A stretch of 64,000 nt of DNA from assembly GCA_041602035.1 (NCBI GenBank), contig JBFIHA010000001.1:74941-138940 (forward strand). The letters are read 5' to 3'. Source of the DNA: Gemmatimonadales bacterium. GTDB lineage: Bacteria; Gemmatimonadota; Gemmatimonadetes; Gemmatimonadales; GWC2-71-9. Shown piece by piece: positions 17,559 through 27,635 of the stretch. Position numbers and translations under genes: made by a program. The notes beneath the pieces are model-generated. The model searched no databases. It was not told where the DNA came from and was given only the letters and a program-made list of their open reading frames with translations. Position 1 is the stretch's first letter. Each line of letters opens with the position of its first letter.

Positions 17559-19100
17559 ATGAGACGTCGACGTGTGCTCTCGAGCCTCGCGATCTGCCTG
17601 CTGGCCATCGCGGCAGTGCCCGCGGCGGCGCAAGGGCCGCCGAGCGAGACGCCGCGAAACGCCAACACGGCCGGCAAGGAGGCGGACCTCCTGCCCGACG
17701 AGCCGGTCGTGACCCAGCATACGGCACGCATCAACGGACAAACGGTGCGCTACACGGCCGAGGCCGGCTGGCTACCGATCCGGGACGAGGGCAAGCTCAC
17801 GGCCAAGATGTTCTACATCGCCTACACCCGGGACGGCGTGACCGATCTGAGCAGTCGGCCGCTCGTGTTCTCGTTCAACGGCGGGCCGGGCACTGCGTCG
17901 GTCTGGATGCATATGGGCTACACGGGCCCTCGCCGCGTGGTCTACGACGAGGATGGGTTTGCGCTCCGTCCCCCCGGCGGGCTGGAAGCCAACCCGCATT
18001 CGATTCTGGACGCGGCGGATATCGTCTACGTCGACCCGGTCGCGACGGGATTCAGCCGCATGGTGGAGGGTGAAGACCTCCACAAGTACCATGGCACGCT
18101 CAGCGACGTGCAGTCCGTAGCGGAGTTCATCCGGCTCTACATCCTGCGGAAGAACCGCTGGACGTCTCCCAAGTTCCTGATCGGCGAGAGCTACGGCACC
18201 ACGCGCGCGTCAGGCCTCGCTGGCCACCTGGTGCGCGCACACCAGATCTACCTGAACGGCATCATCCTCGTCTCGATGACGGGGCTGGACGTGGATCAGG
18301 GTGACGACATCTCCTACGCCACGGCGCTGCCCCACCTCGCGGCCACGGCCTGGTACCATCGGCAGCTGCCCGCCGATCTTCAGGCCCGACCGCTGCGGGC
18401 GCTGCTCGACGACGTGGAACAGTTCGCGATGAGCGAGTATCTGGGGGTGCTCGTGCAGGGCGATCGGCTGGCCGACTCCGCCCGTGACGCCATGGCCGAC
18501 CGCGTGGCCCGCTACACGGGGCTCACCACGGAGTACGTGGTCTCGACGAACCTCCGCATCAGCTCCCGGCGATTCTGGAAGGAGCTGCTTCGCGACCAAC
18601 GCCTTACGGTGGGACGCCTGGACAGCCGGTACCTCGGTGTGGACGTGGACGCCGCGGGCGAAAACCCGGAGTACGACCCCGCAATGGCGGATTGGAACGG
18701 ACCCTTTGCCGATGCCGTGAACCGCTACCTCAGGGAGGAGTTGCGCTACAACCCGGATTTGGAGTACAACGTGTGGGGGAATGTGCGGCCGTGGAACCGC
18801 GATCAGTCGGCGAACGTCGGGGAGATGCTACGGCAGGCGATGCGCAACAACCCGTACCTCAAGGTACTGATCCAGGGCGGCTACTACGATGCCGCCACCG
18901 ACTACTTCAGCGCCGTGTACACGATCTCGCACCTTCAGCCTGGTGGCGAGTTCCGCGATCGGTTCCGCTTCGCCTGGTACGAGAGCGGGCATATGATGTA
19001 CCTGCGGAAGCCCGACCTGGCAAATGCCAACAACGACCTCCGGAGCTTCATTCGGTGGTCCATGGAAGGTGTGCCCGATTACCCGAGGCGGGCGCGGTAG
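17559..19100 (+). CDS. S10 family serine carboxypeptidase, secreted
   Basis: FNGGPGTAS and GESYGT catalytic serine motifs. Signal peptide ending AAAQ. Confidence 0.9.
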   Translation: MRRRRVLSSLAICLLAIAAVPAAAQGPPSETPRNANTAGKEADLLPDEPVVTQHTARINGQTVRYTAEAGWLPIRDEGKLTAKMFYIAYTRDGVTDLSSRPLVFSFNGGPGTASVWMHMGYTGPRRVVYDEDGFALRPPGGLEANPHSILDAADIVYVDPVATGFSRMVEGEDLHKYHGTLSDVQSVAEFIRLYILRKNRWTSPKFLIGESYGTTRASGLAGHLVRAHQIYLNGIILVSMTGLDVDQGDDISYATALPHLAATAWYHRQLPADLQARPLRALLDDVEQFAMSEYLGVLVQGDRLADSARDAMADRVARYTGLTTEYVVSTNLRISSRRFWKELLRDQRLTVGRLDSRYLGVDVDAAGENPEYDPAMADWNGPFADAVNRYLREELRYNPDLEYNVWGNVRPWNRDQSANVGEMLRQAMRNNPYLKVLIQGGYYDAATDYFSAVYTISHLQPGGEFRDRFRFAWYESGHMMYLRKPDLANANNDLRSFIRWSMEGVPDYPRRAR

Positions 19101-19173
19101 GCGCCTTCGCGATCACGAGGTGGAGAGCCCGGTGGTCGGCGGCCGGTCAAGCCAATAGGTTAGGAGCACGAGC

Positions 19174-20181
19174 ATGGAACGATCGTCACTCGTCAACAGA
19201 ATGCGGGAGGACCCTCCTGTGTCGGCTGAACGTTCAACCACCGCGTCCGGCAGTCTCGACCGCCGCACCTTCGTGCTCTCGGCGCTCGCCGTGCTCCCCG
19301 TGGCGTGTCAGCGGAATCCGAGACCCCTTTCTGCGGACGCGTCCGGCATGACCGCGTCGCTGTTCCAGATCTCGCTGGCCGAGTGGTCGCTGCACCGGAC
19401 GCTTTGGGCCGGGCAGATGAGCAACCTCGATTTCCCGGTTGTGGCGCGCACGGACTATGGGCTGGACGGTGTGGAGTACGTGAACTCCTTCTTCAAGGAC
19501 AAGGCGCAGGATCGTCAGTATCTGGCTGACCTCAAGCAGCGAGCCGACGATCACGGCGTTCGAAGCCTCCTCATTATGTGCGACGGCGAAGGGGCGCTCG
19601 GGGATCTCGACAGCGCGGCCCGCACGCAGGCGGTTGAGAACCACCGTCGGTGGGTGGACGCGGCGCAGTTCCTGGGGTGCCACTCGATCCGGGTCAACGC
19701 GCAATCGACCGGTTCCCGGGAGGAACAGCGCGACCTCGCGGCCGATGGACTGCGGCGCCTCACTGAATTCGCGGCCACTCGTGACATCAACGTGATCGTC
19801 GAGAACCACGGCGGTCTGTCGTCGGACGGCGGGTGGCTCGCGAGCGTGATGCGTACCGTCAACCACCCGCGGTGCGGCACGCTGCCGGATTTCGGCAACT
19901 TCCGGATCGGGGAAGACCAGTGGTACGACCGGTACCAGGGGGTAGCCGAGCTGATGCCCTTTGCCAAGGCGGTGAGCGCCAAGTCGCACGACTTTGACGA
20001 TCAGGGAAACGAGACCGAGACCGACTACGTTCGCATGATGCGGATCGTGCTCCACGCGGGATACCGGGGGTACGTGGGGATCGAGTACGAGGGCGATCGG
20101 CTCAGCGAGCCTGACGGCATTCGCGCCACGCTTGCCCTGCTCGAGCGGACCCGCGAGCAGTTGAGCGAAGACCTGCAGTAG
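19174..20181 (+). CDS. sugar phosphate isomerase/epimerase (xylose-isomerase-like TIM barrel), TAT-exported
   Basis: Twin-arginine motif LDRRTFVL. Family motifs VIVENHGG and GYVGIEYEG. Confidence 0.9.
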   Translation: MERSSLVNRMREDPPVSAERSTTASGSLDRRTFVLSALAVLPVACQRNPRPLSADASGMTASLFQISLAEWSLHRTLWAGQMSNLDFPVVARTDYGLDGVEYVNSFFKDKAQDRQYLADLKQRADDHGVRSLLIMCDGEGALGDLDSAARTQAVENHRRWVDAAQFLGCHSIRVNAQSTGSREEQRDLAADGLRRLTEFAATRDINVIVENHGGLSSDGGWLASVMRTVNHPRCGTLPDFGNFRIGEDQWYDRYQGVAELMPFAKAVSAKSHDFDDQGNETETDYVRMMRIVLHAGYRGYVGIEYEGDRLSEPDGIRATLALLERTREQLSEDLQ

Positions 20182-20288
20182 GCATTATGATGGGTGGGCG
20201 GGGCCCGATGGGCTCCGCCTGGCAGACCCGAACCGGCAACCCATACATTCGCCGCGTCTCCTCCCCCGCGGCCCAACGACGAGTCACG

Positions 20289-21329
20289 ATGCACCCTACG
20301 CAGGACATCGCCAGGAAGCTGGCTGCGCTCCGGCGCTTGGGATTCCAGCGGGAGGACGCGCCCCCGGTCGTCACCGAATCCACTCGCGTGGGCCGCCGCA
20401 GCCACGTGGTGACGGCGAGCCGGCCAGCCATGGGGACGCTGGTCTCGGTGTCCACGCTGGCGTCGTCCGCTGCCCGGGCCGAGGAGGCGATCGGGCGGGC
20501 CATGGAGGAGATGGACCGCCTGATCGGGATTTTCAGCCGCTATGAGCACGATTCGGCGATCACCGTGTTGAACGAGGTCGGTCGGCTCGACGGGTCTCCA
20601 CCGGAGCTCACAACGGTGGTCGACGGCTCTCGCGCCTACCACGCGTTGAGTCGCGGGGCATTCGACGTTTCCATCGCGCCGGTGCTCGACCTCGTCGTTT
20701 CCGCTCCGAACGGGATGCCGGCGATAGGCGAACTACGGGATGCGCTGGACTTGGTGGGGACGGAGGGCATCGTCCTGGAGGGGCGCCGAGTGAACTTTGC
20801 GCGGCCCGGCATGCGGATCACGCTCGATGGCATCGCGAAGGGCTTCATTGTCGATGCCGTTGCCGACGTACTGCGGCACCACCGGATCCGCAACTACCTG
20901 ATCAATGCTGGGGGCGACATCCGCACGGCGGGACGGAAACCGGGGCGACGGCCCTGGACCGTGGCGGTGCAGGACCCCGCAAAGGACGGCCGCTATCCTG
21001 ATACGATTCACCTTTCGGACGCCGCTGTCGCGACGTCGGGGAGCTACGAGCGATACTTCGACCGTGACCGACTGCGTCATCACATCGTTGACGGTAGCAC
21101 GGGCCAGTCGCCCGACGAGTGCGCTGGCGTGTCGGTGACGGCGCCCACCGCCATGGCGGCCGACGCGCTGTCGACGGCAGTATTCGTGATGGGACCCTCG
21201 GCCGGCGTCGCGTTCGTCGACAGCCTGCCGGGGTGCGAGTGTATGATCATCGATCGGGAGGGAAAGCCGCGCCGATCCCAGGGGTGGAAGAGCGCCGGCT
21301 CTGTGACCAGAGACGAGGTGGAGGCGTGA
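20289..21329 (+). CDS. apbE: FAD:protein FMN transferase (ApbE family), no detectable signal peptide
   Basis: MGTLVSV, DGIAKGF, INAGGDI and ATSGSYERYF motifs. Neither possible start (20187 or 20289) gives a hydrophobic N-terminal segment. Confidence 0.9.
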   Translation: MHPTQDIARKLAALRRLGFQREDAPPVVTESTRVGRRSHVVTASRPAMGTLVSVSTLASSAARAEEAIGRAMEEMDRLIGIFSRYEHDSAITVLNEVGRLDGSPPELTTVVDGSRAYHALSRGAFDVSIAPVLDLVVSAPNGMPAIGELRDALDLVGTEGIVLEGRRVNFARPGMRITLDGIAKGFIVDAVADVLRHHRIRNYLINAGGDIRTAGRKPGRRPWTVAVQDPAKDGRYPDTIHLSDAAVATSGSYERYFDRDRLRHHIVDGSTGQSPDECAGVSVTAPTAMAADALSTAVFVMGPSAGVAFVDSLPGCECMIIDREGKPRRSQGWKSAGSVTRDEVEA

Positions 21330-21868
21330 TGCGTGACGTCATGAAAGCGGGGAGCGAGGCGATGAAGGGGTACACCTCATTTCAGATGGCGATGCTCGTG
21401 CTGCTCAGAATGTTCATCGGGTGGCACTTCCTGTACGAGGGCCTCGCCAAGCTGGGGAACCCCTACTGGACGTCGGCGGGATATCTGGCCGAATCGAAGT
21501 GGTGGTTCTCCGGGATCTTCACCGCCATCGCGGCGAATCCGACGGTGCTCACGATCGTGGACTATGCCAACGCATGGGGCCTCCTGCTCATCGGCCTCGG
21601 GCTCATGCTTGGCATCTTCACGCGCAGCGCGACGATCGCCGGCCTCGTGCTGCTCTTCCTGTACTACCTCGCGGCCCCGCCGTTCGTCGGCTTGACCTAC
21701 GGCATGCCCACCGAAGGCAGCTATCTGGTGGTCAACAAGGTGCTCATCGAGCTGGCGGCCCTGGCGGTCCTGCTCGCGTTTCCGACGGGCAAGCTGTTCG
21801 GGCTCGACCGACTCCTTCCCTGGAATCGTCAATCCGATAGCCTGGCGCTCGGGCAGACCGGAGCCTGA
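21329..21868 (+). CDS. DoxX/DoxD-family membrane protein
   Basis: Four TM helices and the LRMFIGWHFLYEGLAKL motif. The ATG overlaps the ApbE stop (TGATG). Confidence 0.85.
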   Translation: MRDVMKAGSEAMKGYTSFQMAMLVLLRMFIGWHFLYEGLAKLGNPYWTSAGYLAESKWWFSGIFTAIAANPTVLTIVDYANAWGLLLIGLGLMLGIFTRSATIAGLVLLFLYYLAAPPFVGLTYGMPTEGSYLVVNKVLIELAALAVLLAFPTGKLFGLDRLLPWNRQSDSLALGQTGA

Positions 21869-21883
21869 GGAGAGAGAGAGATC

Positions 21884-23473
21884 ATGACCGACCAACACAC
21901 GACACCCGACAAGCCGCAGGCCACCGACCGTTGGGAGCCGACCCGCCGCGGCGTGCTCAAGGCATTGGTCTCGCTGCCATTCGTGGGGGCGTTTGCGTAC
22001 AACTACCTGAGGAAGCGGGCGGCCGACGACACCAAGAAACGGGCGATCCTGGAGGAGTTGGGCGTGACCGAAGGGCCGGCGTTCATCCCCGAGGCGATCT
22101 CCAAGCCGCCCGGGGAGCGGATCCGGCTCGGGATCATCGGGTTCGGCGGGGAGGGCGAGTCGCTGGTGCGTCACGCCGGCTTCGCGCATCCGGACTGGGT
22201 GGATGAGCAGCGGAAGAACGCCGCGGAGAACCCCGCGAACAAGGCGCTCGAGATCTACCTGACCCAAGAGGACCTGAACGTCGCCATCACCGCGGTATGC
22301 GACGTGTTCGACGTCCGGGCGGATCGTGGCGTCGCGGCGTCGCAGGTGGATGTCCGTCCGGGGGGTGGTGGCGCCAACCCGCCGGCCAAGCGCTACCGCC
22401 ACTATGCCGACCTGCTGCAAAGCGGTGACGTGGACGGGGTGATCATCGCCACGCCCGACCACTGGCACTCGCTCATGACCACGGCGGCCGTCGCCGAAGG
22501 CGTGCATGTCTACTGCGAGAAGTGCCTGACGCGTACGGAGGAGGAGGCGCGCACCGTCTACGATGCGGTGAAGCCGTCCGACATCGTGTTCCAGCTGGGA
22601 CACCAGAATCGCCAGTCCGAGGCGCACAACAAGGCACGTGAGGTGATCGACGCCAACATCCTCGGGCCGATCACGCTGGTGGAGGGAACGACCAACCGGA
22701 ACACCCCGTGGGGCGCGTGGGTGTGGGACATACACGAGGAAGGCAACCCGCAGACGATCGACTGGGAGCTGTTCGAGGGTCCGGCGCCCAATAAGGTGCC
22801 GTTCTCGCTAGAGCGGTTCTTCCGGTGGCGCTGCTGGTTCGACTATGGGACCGGCCTCTCCGGCGATCTGCTCTCGCACGAGTACGACGGCGTGAATCAG
22901 ATTCTGCAGGTGGGGATCCCGCAGTCCTGCGTCGCGTCCGGGGGCATCTACTACTTCAAGGACGGTCGAGACGTGCCGGACGTGTTCCAGGCCGTCTACG
23001 AGTACCCGGACCGCGACCTCACCTTCGTGTACAGCGCGACGCTGGCCAACGGCAACTATCGCGGGCTCGCGTTCATGGGTCACGACGCCACCATGCGAGT
23101 GAGCGGGTCCCTCACGGTGATGGCCGATTCGAACTCCACGCGTTACAAGGACAAGATCGAGAGCGGGGTCATCGATCCGTCCCGGACGATGTTCACCTAT
23201 CGACCGGGCTTCAAGGGTATCGATGCCGTCACGTCGGCCACCGAGGAGTACTTCGTGAGCCGCGGTCTGCTGTACACGTACCGCGGCGGCCGACGCGTGT
23301 CGGCCTACCACCTGCTAATCGGCGAGTGGTTGGACGTGATCCGCAATGGTGGTGAGACGAGCTGCAATATCGACCGCGCGTTCGAGGAAGCCATCACGTG
23401 CCACATGGCCACCCGCTCGTTCAAGGAAGGCCGGAAGGTCACGTGGGATCCGGTGCGGCGCAGAATTGTGTGA
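21884..23473 (+). CDS. Gfo/Idh/MocA family oxidoreductase, TAT-exported
   Basis: Twin-arginine TRRGVLKAL. Rossmann IRLGIIGFGGEG. ATPDHWH and YCEK motifs. A C-terminal DAVTSAT sequence lies at 23222..23242. Confidence 0.92.
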   Translation: MTDQHTTPDKPQATDRWEPTRRGVLKALVSLPFVGAFAYNYLRKRAADDTKKRAILEELGVTEGPAFIPEAISKPPGERIRLGIIGFGGEGESLVRHAGFAHPDWVDEQRKNAAENPANKALEIYLTQEDLNVAITAVCDVFDVRADRGVAASQVDVRPGGGGANPPAKRYRHYADLLQSGDVDGVIIATPDHWHSLMTTAAVAEGVHVYCEKCLTRTEEEARTVYDAVKPSDIVFQLGHQNRQSEAHNKAREVIDANILGPITLVEGTTNRNTPWGAWVWDIHEEGNPQTIDWELFEGPAPNKVPFSLERFFRWRCWFDYGTGLSGDLLSHEYDGVNQILQVGIPQSCVASGGIYYFKDGRDVPDVFQAVYEYPDRDLTFVYSATLANGNYRGLAFMGHDATMRVSGSLTVMADSNSTRYKDKIESGVIDPSRTMFTYRPGFKGIDAVTSATEEYFVSRGLLYTYRGGRRVSAYHLLIGEWLDVIRNGGETSCNIDRAFEEAITCHMATRSFKEGRKVTWDPVRRRIV

Positions 23474-23476
23474 CGA

Positions 23477-23574
23477 TAGGCGGTAAGGCGGTTAGGCGGG
23501 TGGGCGGGTGTACCGCCTAGCCGCCTAACTGCTCAACCGCTCAACCACCTACCCGCTCAACCGCCTACCCGCCC
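23477..23574. repeat. inverted array of octamer repeats: 4 forward units (TRGGCGGK) and about 8 reverse-complement units (CCGCYNAN)
   Basis: Forward units lie at 23477..23508 and reverse units at 23513..23574. 23487..23499 pairs with 23513..23525 (13 bp including one G-U). 23537..23549 is the exact reverse complement of 797..809. Confidence 0.85.
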
Positions 23575-23587
23575 AGGAGCAGCGTCC

Positions 23588-24838
<1,251 letters not shown>

Positions 24839-24841
24839 CCC

Positions 24842-26140
24842 ATGGGACACGCACCGAAGCAGCGGGCGCGGAGGAAGGCGGAGACCGCAGGGACGGCCCG
24901 ACGGCTGGGAGTGGGGATGATCGGTGGCGGGTTCGTGGCGCGGTTTCACATCCGCTCGTTCGTCAGCGTTCGCCAGGCGGACATCCGGGGTGTGGTCAGC
25001 CGGCGCGATGGGACGGCAGAAGAGGCGGTCGCCCTCGTGCGCCAGCTCGGCGTGGGCGACGCGAAGGTCTTCGATTCGGTCACGGCCATGGTGGCGGATC
25101 CCGACATCGACGCCGTGTGGATCTGCGCGCCCAACTTTGCGCGCATCGAGGTGATGGAGGAGATCGTCGAGGCGATCGAGACGGGCAAGGGCACGCTGGT
25201 CGGCGTGGCGTGTGAGAAGCCGCTGGGACGCAACGTGGCCGAGGCTCGTCGCATGCTGGACTTGGTGGAGCGCGCGGGACTGCTGGACGGATACCTCGAG
25301 AATCAGCTGTTCTCGCCCGGGGTCGTGCGTGGCAGGGACGTTCTCTGGGCCCGCGGTGCGGCACTCACGGGACCGCCATACCTGGCCCGGGCGGCTGAGG
25401 AGCACAGCGGTCCGCACAGCCCCTGGTTCTGGGAGGGTGAGCTCCAGGGCGGCGGGGTGCTCAACGACATGATGTGTCACTCGGTGGAGGTGGCCCGCTT
25501 TCTGTTGACGGCGCCCGGGGCCTCGCGGGACACCCTGACGCCCGTCAGGGTCACCGCCCACACGTCCTGTCTCAAGTGGCAGCACCCGGACTATGCGGCG
25601 CTGCTCGCCGAGCAGAGCGGCGGGAAGCTGGACTACCTGACCCGACCGTCCGAGGACTTCGCCCGAGCGTTGGTCGAGTACCGCGACGACACGGGGAGCA
25701 CGCGGGTCGTCGAGGCCACCACCTCCTGGTGTTTCGTGGGCGCGGGCCTCCGGCTCAGCATGGAGGTGCTCGGTCCGGAGTATTCGCTGTCGGTGAACTC
25801 GCTCGATGCCGGGCCGAAGGTCTTTTTCAGTCGGAAGGTGACCGGCGAGGCCGGCGAGGACATCGTCGAGAAGCAGAACGCCGAAATGGGCCTCATGCCG
25901 ATCGTGAGTGACGAGGAGAGTGAATACGGGTACGTGGGCGAGAACCGGCACATGGTTCAGGCGTTCCTCGCCGGGCGTCGTCCGGCGGAGACCTTTGCCG
26001 ACGGCGTCAACGTGACCGAGTTGCTCATGGCCGCGTACATGAGTGCCGAGCAGGGCAAGACCGTACCGTTCCCGCCGCCGGGCCTCGAGGCGTTCGTGCC
26101 CGCCGTGGCCAGGGGCGCCTGGAACCCGAGGACATCATGA
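24842..26140 (+). CDS. Gfo/Idh/MocA family oxidoreductase (cytoplasmic)
   Basis: LGVGMIGGGFVARFH Rossmann motif, ACEKPLGRN motif and no signal peptide. Confidence 0.92.
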   Translation: MGHAPKQRARRKAETAGTARRLGVGMIGGGFVARFHIRSFVSVRQADIRGVVSRRDGTAEEAVALVRQLGVGDAKVFDSVTAMVADPDIDAVWICAPNFARIEVMEEIVEAIETGKGTLVGVACEKPLGRNVAEARRMLDLVERAGLLDGYLENQLFSPGVVRGRDVLWARGAALTGPPYLARAAEEHSGPHSPWFWEGELQGGGVLNDMMCHSVEVARFLLTAPGASRDTLTPVRVTAHTSCLKWQHPDYAALLAEQSGGKLDYLTRPSEDFARALVEYRDDTGSTRVVEATTSWCFVGAGLRLSMEVLGPEYSLSVNSLDAGPKVFFSRKVTGEAGEDIVEKQNAEMGLMPIVSDEESEYGYVGENRHMVQAFLAGRRPAETFADGVNVTELLMAAYMSAEQGKTVPFPPPGLEAFVPAVARGAWNPRTS

Positions 26141-26778
26141 ATCCACGTCGTATATGCGGCCTCGTGCTCGCACTGATCGTTGTGGCCGGCGAGCCGGTCA
26201 TCGCGCAGGATCGCGAAGGCTTCGAGCAGATCCTGGCGCAGCGCAACGGGCGGTACTCGAAGCACGGCTGGAATCACTACGGTCCCGGGTACTTCGATCT
26301 CGATCCCCGGACGGGAGTCCTCACCTCGCATGGGGGCATGGGACTGTTCTGGTACTCGGCGAAGGAGTACGGCGATTTCGTCCTGGACCTCGAGTTCATG
26401 TGCGCGACCAGCGAGACCAACTCCGGCATCTTTCTGCGGGTGCCGGGCGTGCCCACCAGCGACGACTACATCTACCGCAGTTTCGAGATCCAGATCAACG
26501 ATGCGGGGGAAGGGGTTTACCAGACCGCTGCGGCGTACGACGCGGAGGCTCCGACCATGCGTGCCTCGAGGCCGGCCGGGGAATGGAACCGCTATCGGAT
26601 CACGGTTCAGGGTGACCGCATCATGGTGGAGCTGAATGGCACGCAGGTGCTCGACTGGCGAGCGGAGCCGCGCGGCAAGGTTGTGGACTTCGCCCCCCGC
26701 GGCTACATCGGGCTGCAGAACCACGATGATCGGAGCCCGGTGTATTTCCGCAACATCTACGTGAAAGAGTTGCCGTAG
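26137..26778 (+). CDS. DUF1080 (3-keto-disaccharide hydrolase family) secreted protein
   Basis: Signal peptide. SGIFLR, FEIQIND, GYIGLQNH and FRNIYVKEL motifs. ATGA overlap with the upstream gene. Confidence 0.9.
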   Translation: MNPRRICGLVLALIVVAGEPVIAQDREGFEQILAQRNGRYSKHGWNHYGPGYFDLDPRTGVLTSHGGMGLFWYSAKEYGDFVLDLEFMCATSETNSGIFLRVPGVPTSDDYIYRSFEIQINDAGEGVYQTAAAYDAEAPTMRASRPAGEWNRYRITVQGDRIMVELNGTQVLDWRAEPRGKVVDFAPRGYIGLQNHDDRSPVYFRNIYVKELP

Positions 26779-26870
26779 AGTACCACTCGTGCGGCACGGT
26801 CGCGCCGAGGGTTGAACCCTCGCGTCACGACCGGTACCATAGAGCATCCCCGCATCTCCCGGAGGACCCC

Positions 26871-27629
26871 ATGCTCCGCATCTTCACGAGCGTCGCGTGC
26901 GCCTTGCTGCTCTTGGCACCCCCGGCTGCCGCGCAGGAGGCCGAAGCACCGGCGCCCGGGCTGGTCTACGTGGCGTACTTTCAGGTGGCCTACGCAGACC
27001 TCGACGATTGGATTGGCGACTACTACCAGTACTCCGTGCCCGTCCTGCAGGAACTCCAGGATGAAGGGGTGATCACCGGCTGGGGGGTGTGGCAACACCA
27101 AACCGGGGTGGAGTACAACTGGCGCTTCGCCGTGCGGGCGCCGGAGTGGTCGCATTTCGAGGGCTTCTGGCGTGAGTATCTGGGACGCCTCCAAGAGCGT
27201 GCGCCCGAAGTACTGGCCCGAGACAACCGGATGATCCAGGCCCATTTCGACGAAGTGTGGAACATCGACGAGGTGCATGTTCCGGAGGGACTCGACGCCC
27301 TGTACCTGTACGATTCCCGATTCCAGATCAGCTTTGCCTATCTCGAGGAGTGGAACCAGCGCTGGCGTGAAAGCGTGGCCCCGGTCCTCAACCAGTCAAT
27401 GGAGGACGGGATCCTCGATGGCTGGGTTGTCCAGAGCCACAACACGGGCGGTCGCTACAATTGGAAGGTGCTGTACCTGTTCCAGGAATGGGACGATATG
27501 GACGACCACTTCGGGCGGGTCATGGCGGAGCTCACCTCCGACGCCTACGGGTGGGAGCAGTTTTCCAGCATGATCGACGCGCACGACGATGTTATCTGGA
27601 CGGCCGTGCCGCCCACGGGAGGAAACTAG
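26871..27629 (+). CDS. secreted hypothetical protein with an internal ~105-aa duplication
   Basis: Signal peptide ending AAAQ. The two halves align: PVLQELQDEGVITGWGVWQHQTGVEYNW versus PVLNQSMEDGILDGWVVQSHNTGGRYNW. Confidence 0.75.
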   Translation: MLRIFTSVACALLLLAPPAAAQEAEAPAPGLVYVAYFQVAYADLDDWIGDYYQYSVPVLQELQDEGVITGWGVWQHQTGVEYNWRFAVRAPEWSHFEGFWREYLGRLQERAPEVLARDNRMIQAHFDEVWNIDEVHVPEGLDALYLYDSRFQISFAYLEEWNQRWRESVAPVLNQSMEDGILDGWVVQSHNTGGRYNWKVLYLFQEWDDMDDHFGRVMAELTSDAYGWEQFSSMIDAHDDVIWTAVPPTGGN

Positions 27630-27635
27630 GTCGAT

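Noticed and set aside
17351-17734. The remainder of the 158-aa minus-strand ORF 17258..17734 as a real gene.
   Set aside because: It overlaps the start of the S10 carboxypeptidase gene on the other strand and is Arg/Ala/Gly-rich. Only the last ~30 codons carry a recognisable motif, and these are reported separately as a possible remnant.
21377-22735. 452-aa minus-strand ORF.
   Set aside because: It is antisense to the DoxX and TAT oxidoreductase genes, with a shadow-ORF composition.
23477-23574. Whether the short-period repeat arrays here (and at 779..854 and 37201..37248) could be CRISPR arrays.
   Set aside because: The period is only 7-8 nt with no spacers, and no cas genes are in the window. 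They are micro-repeat elements, not CRISPR.
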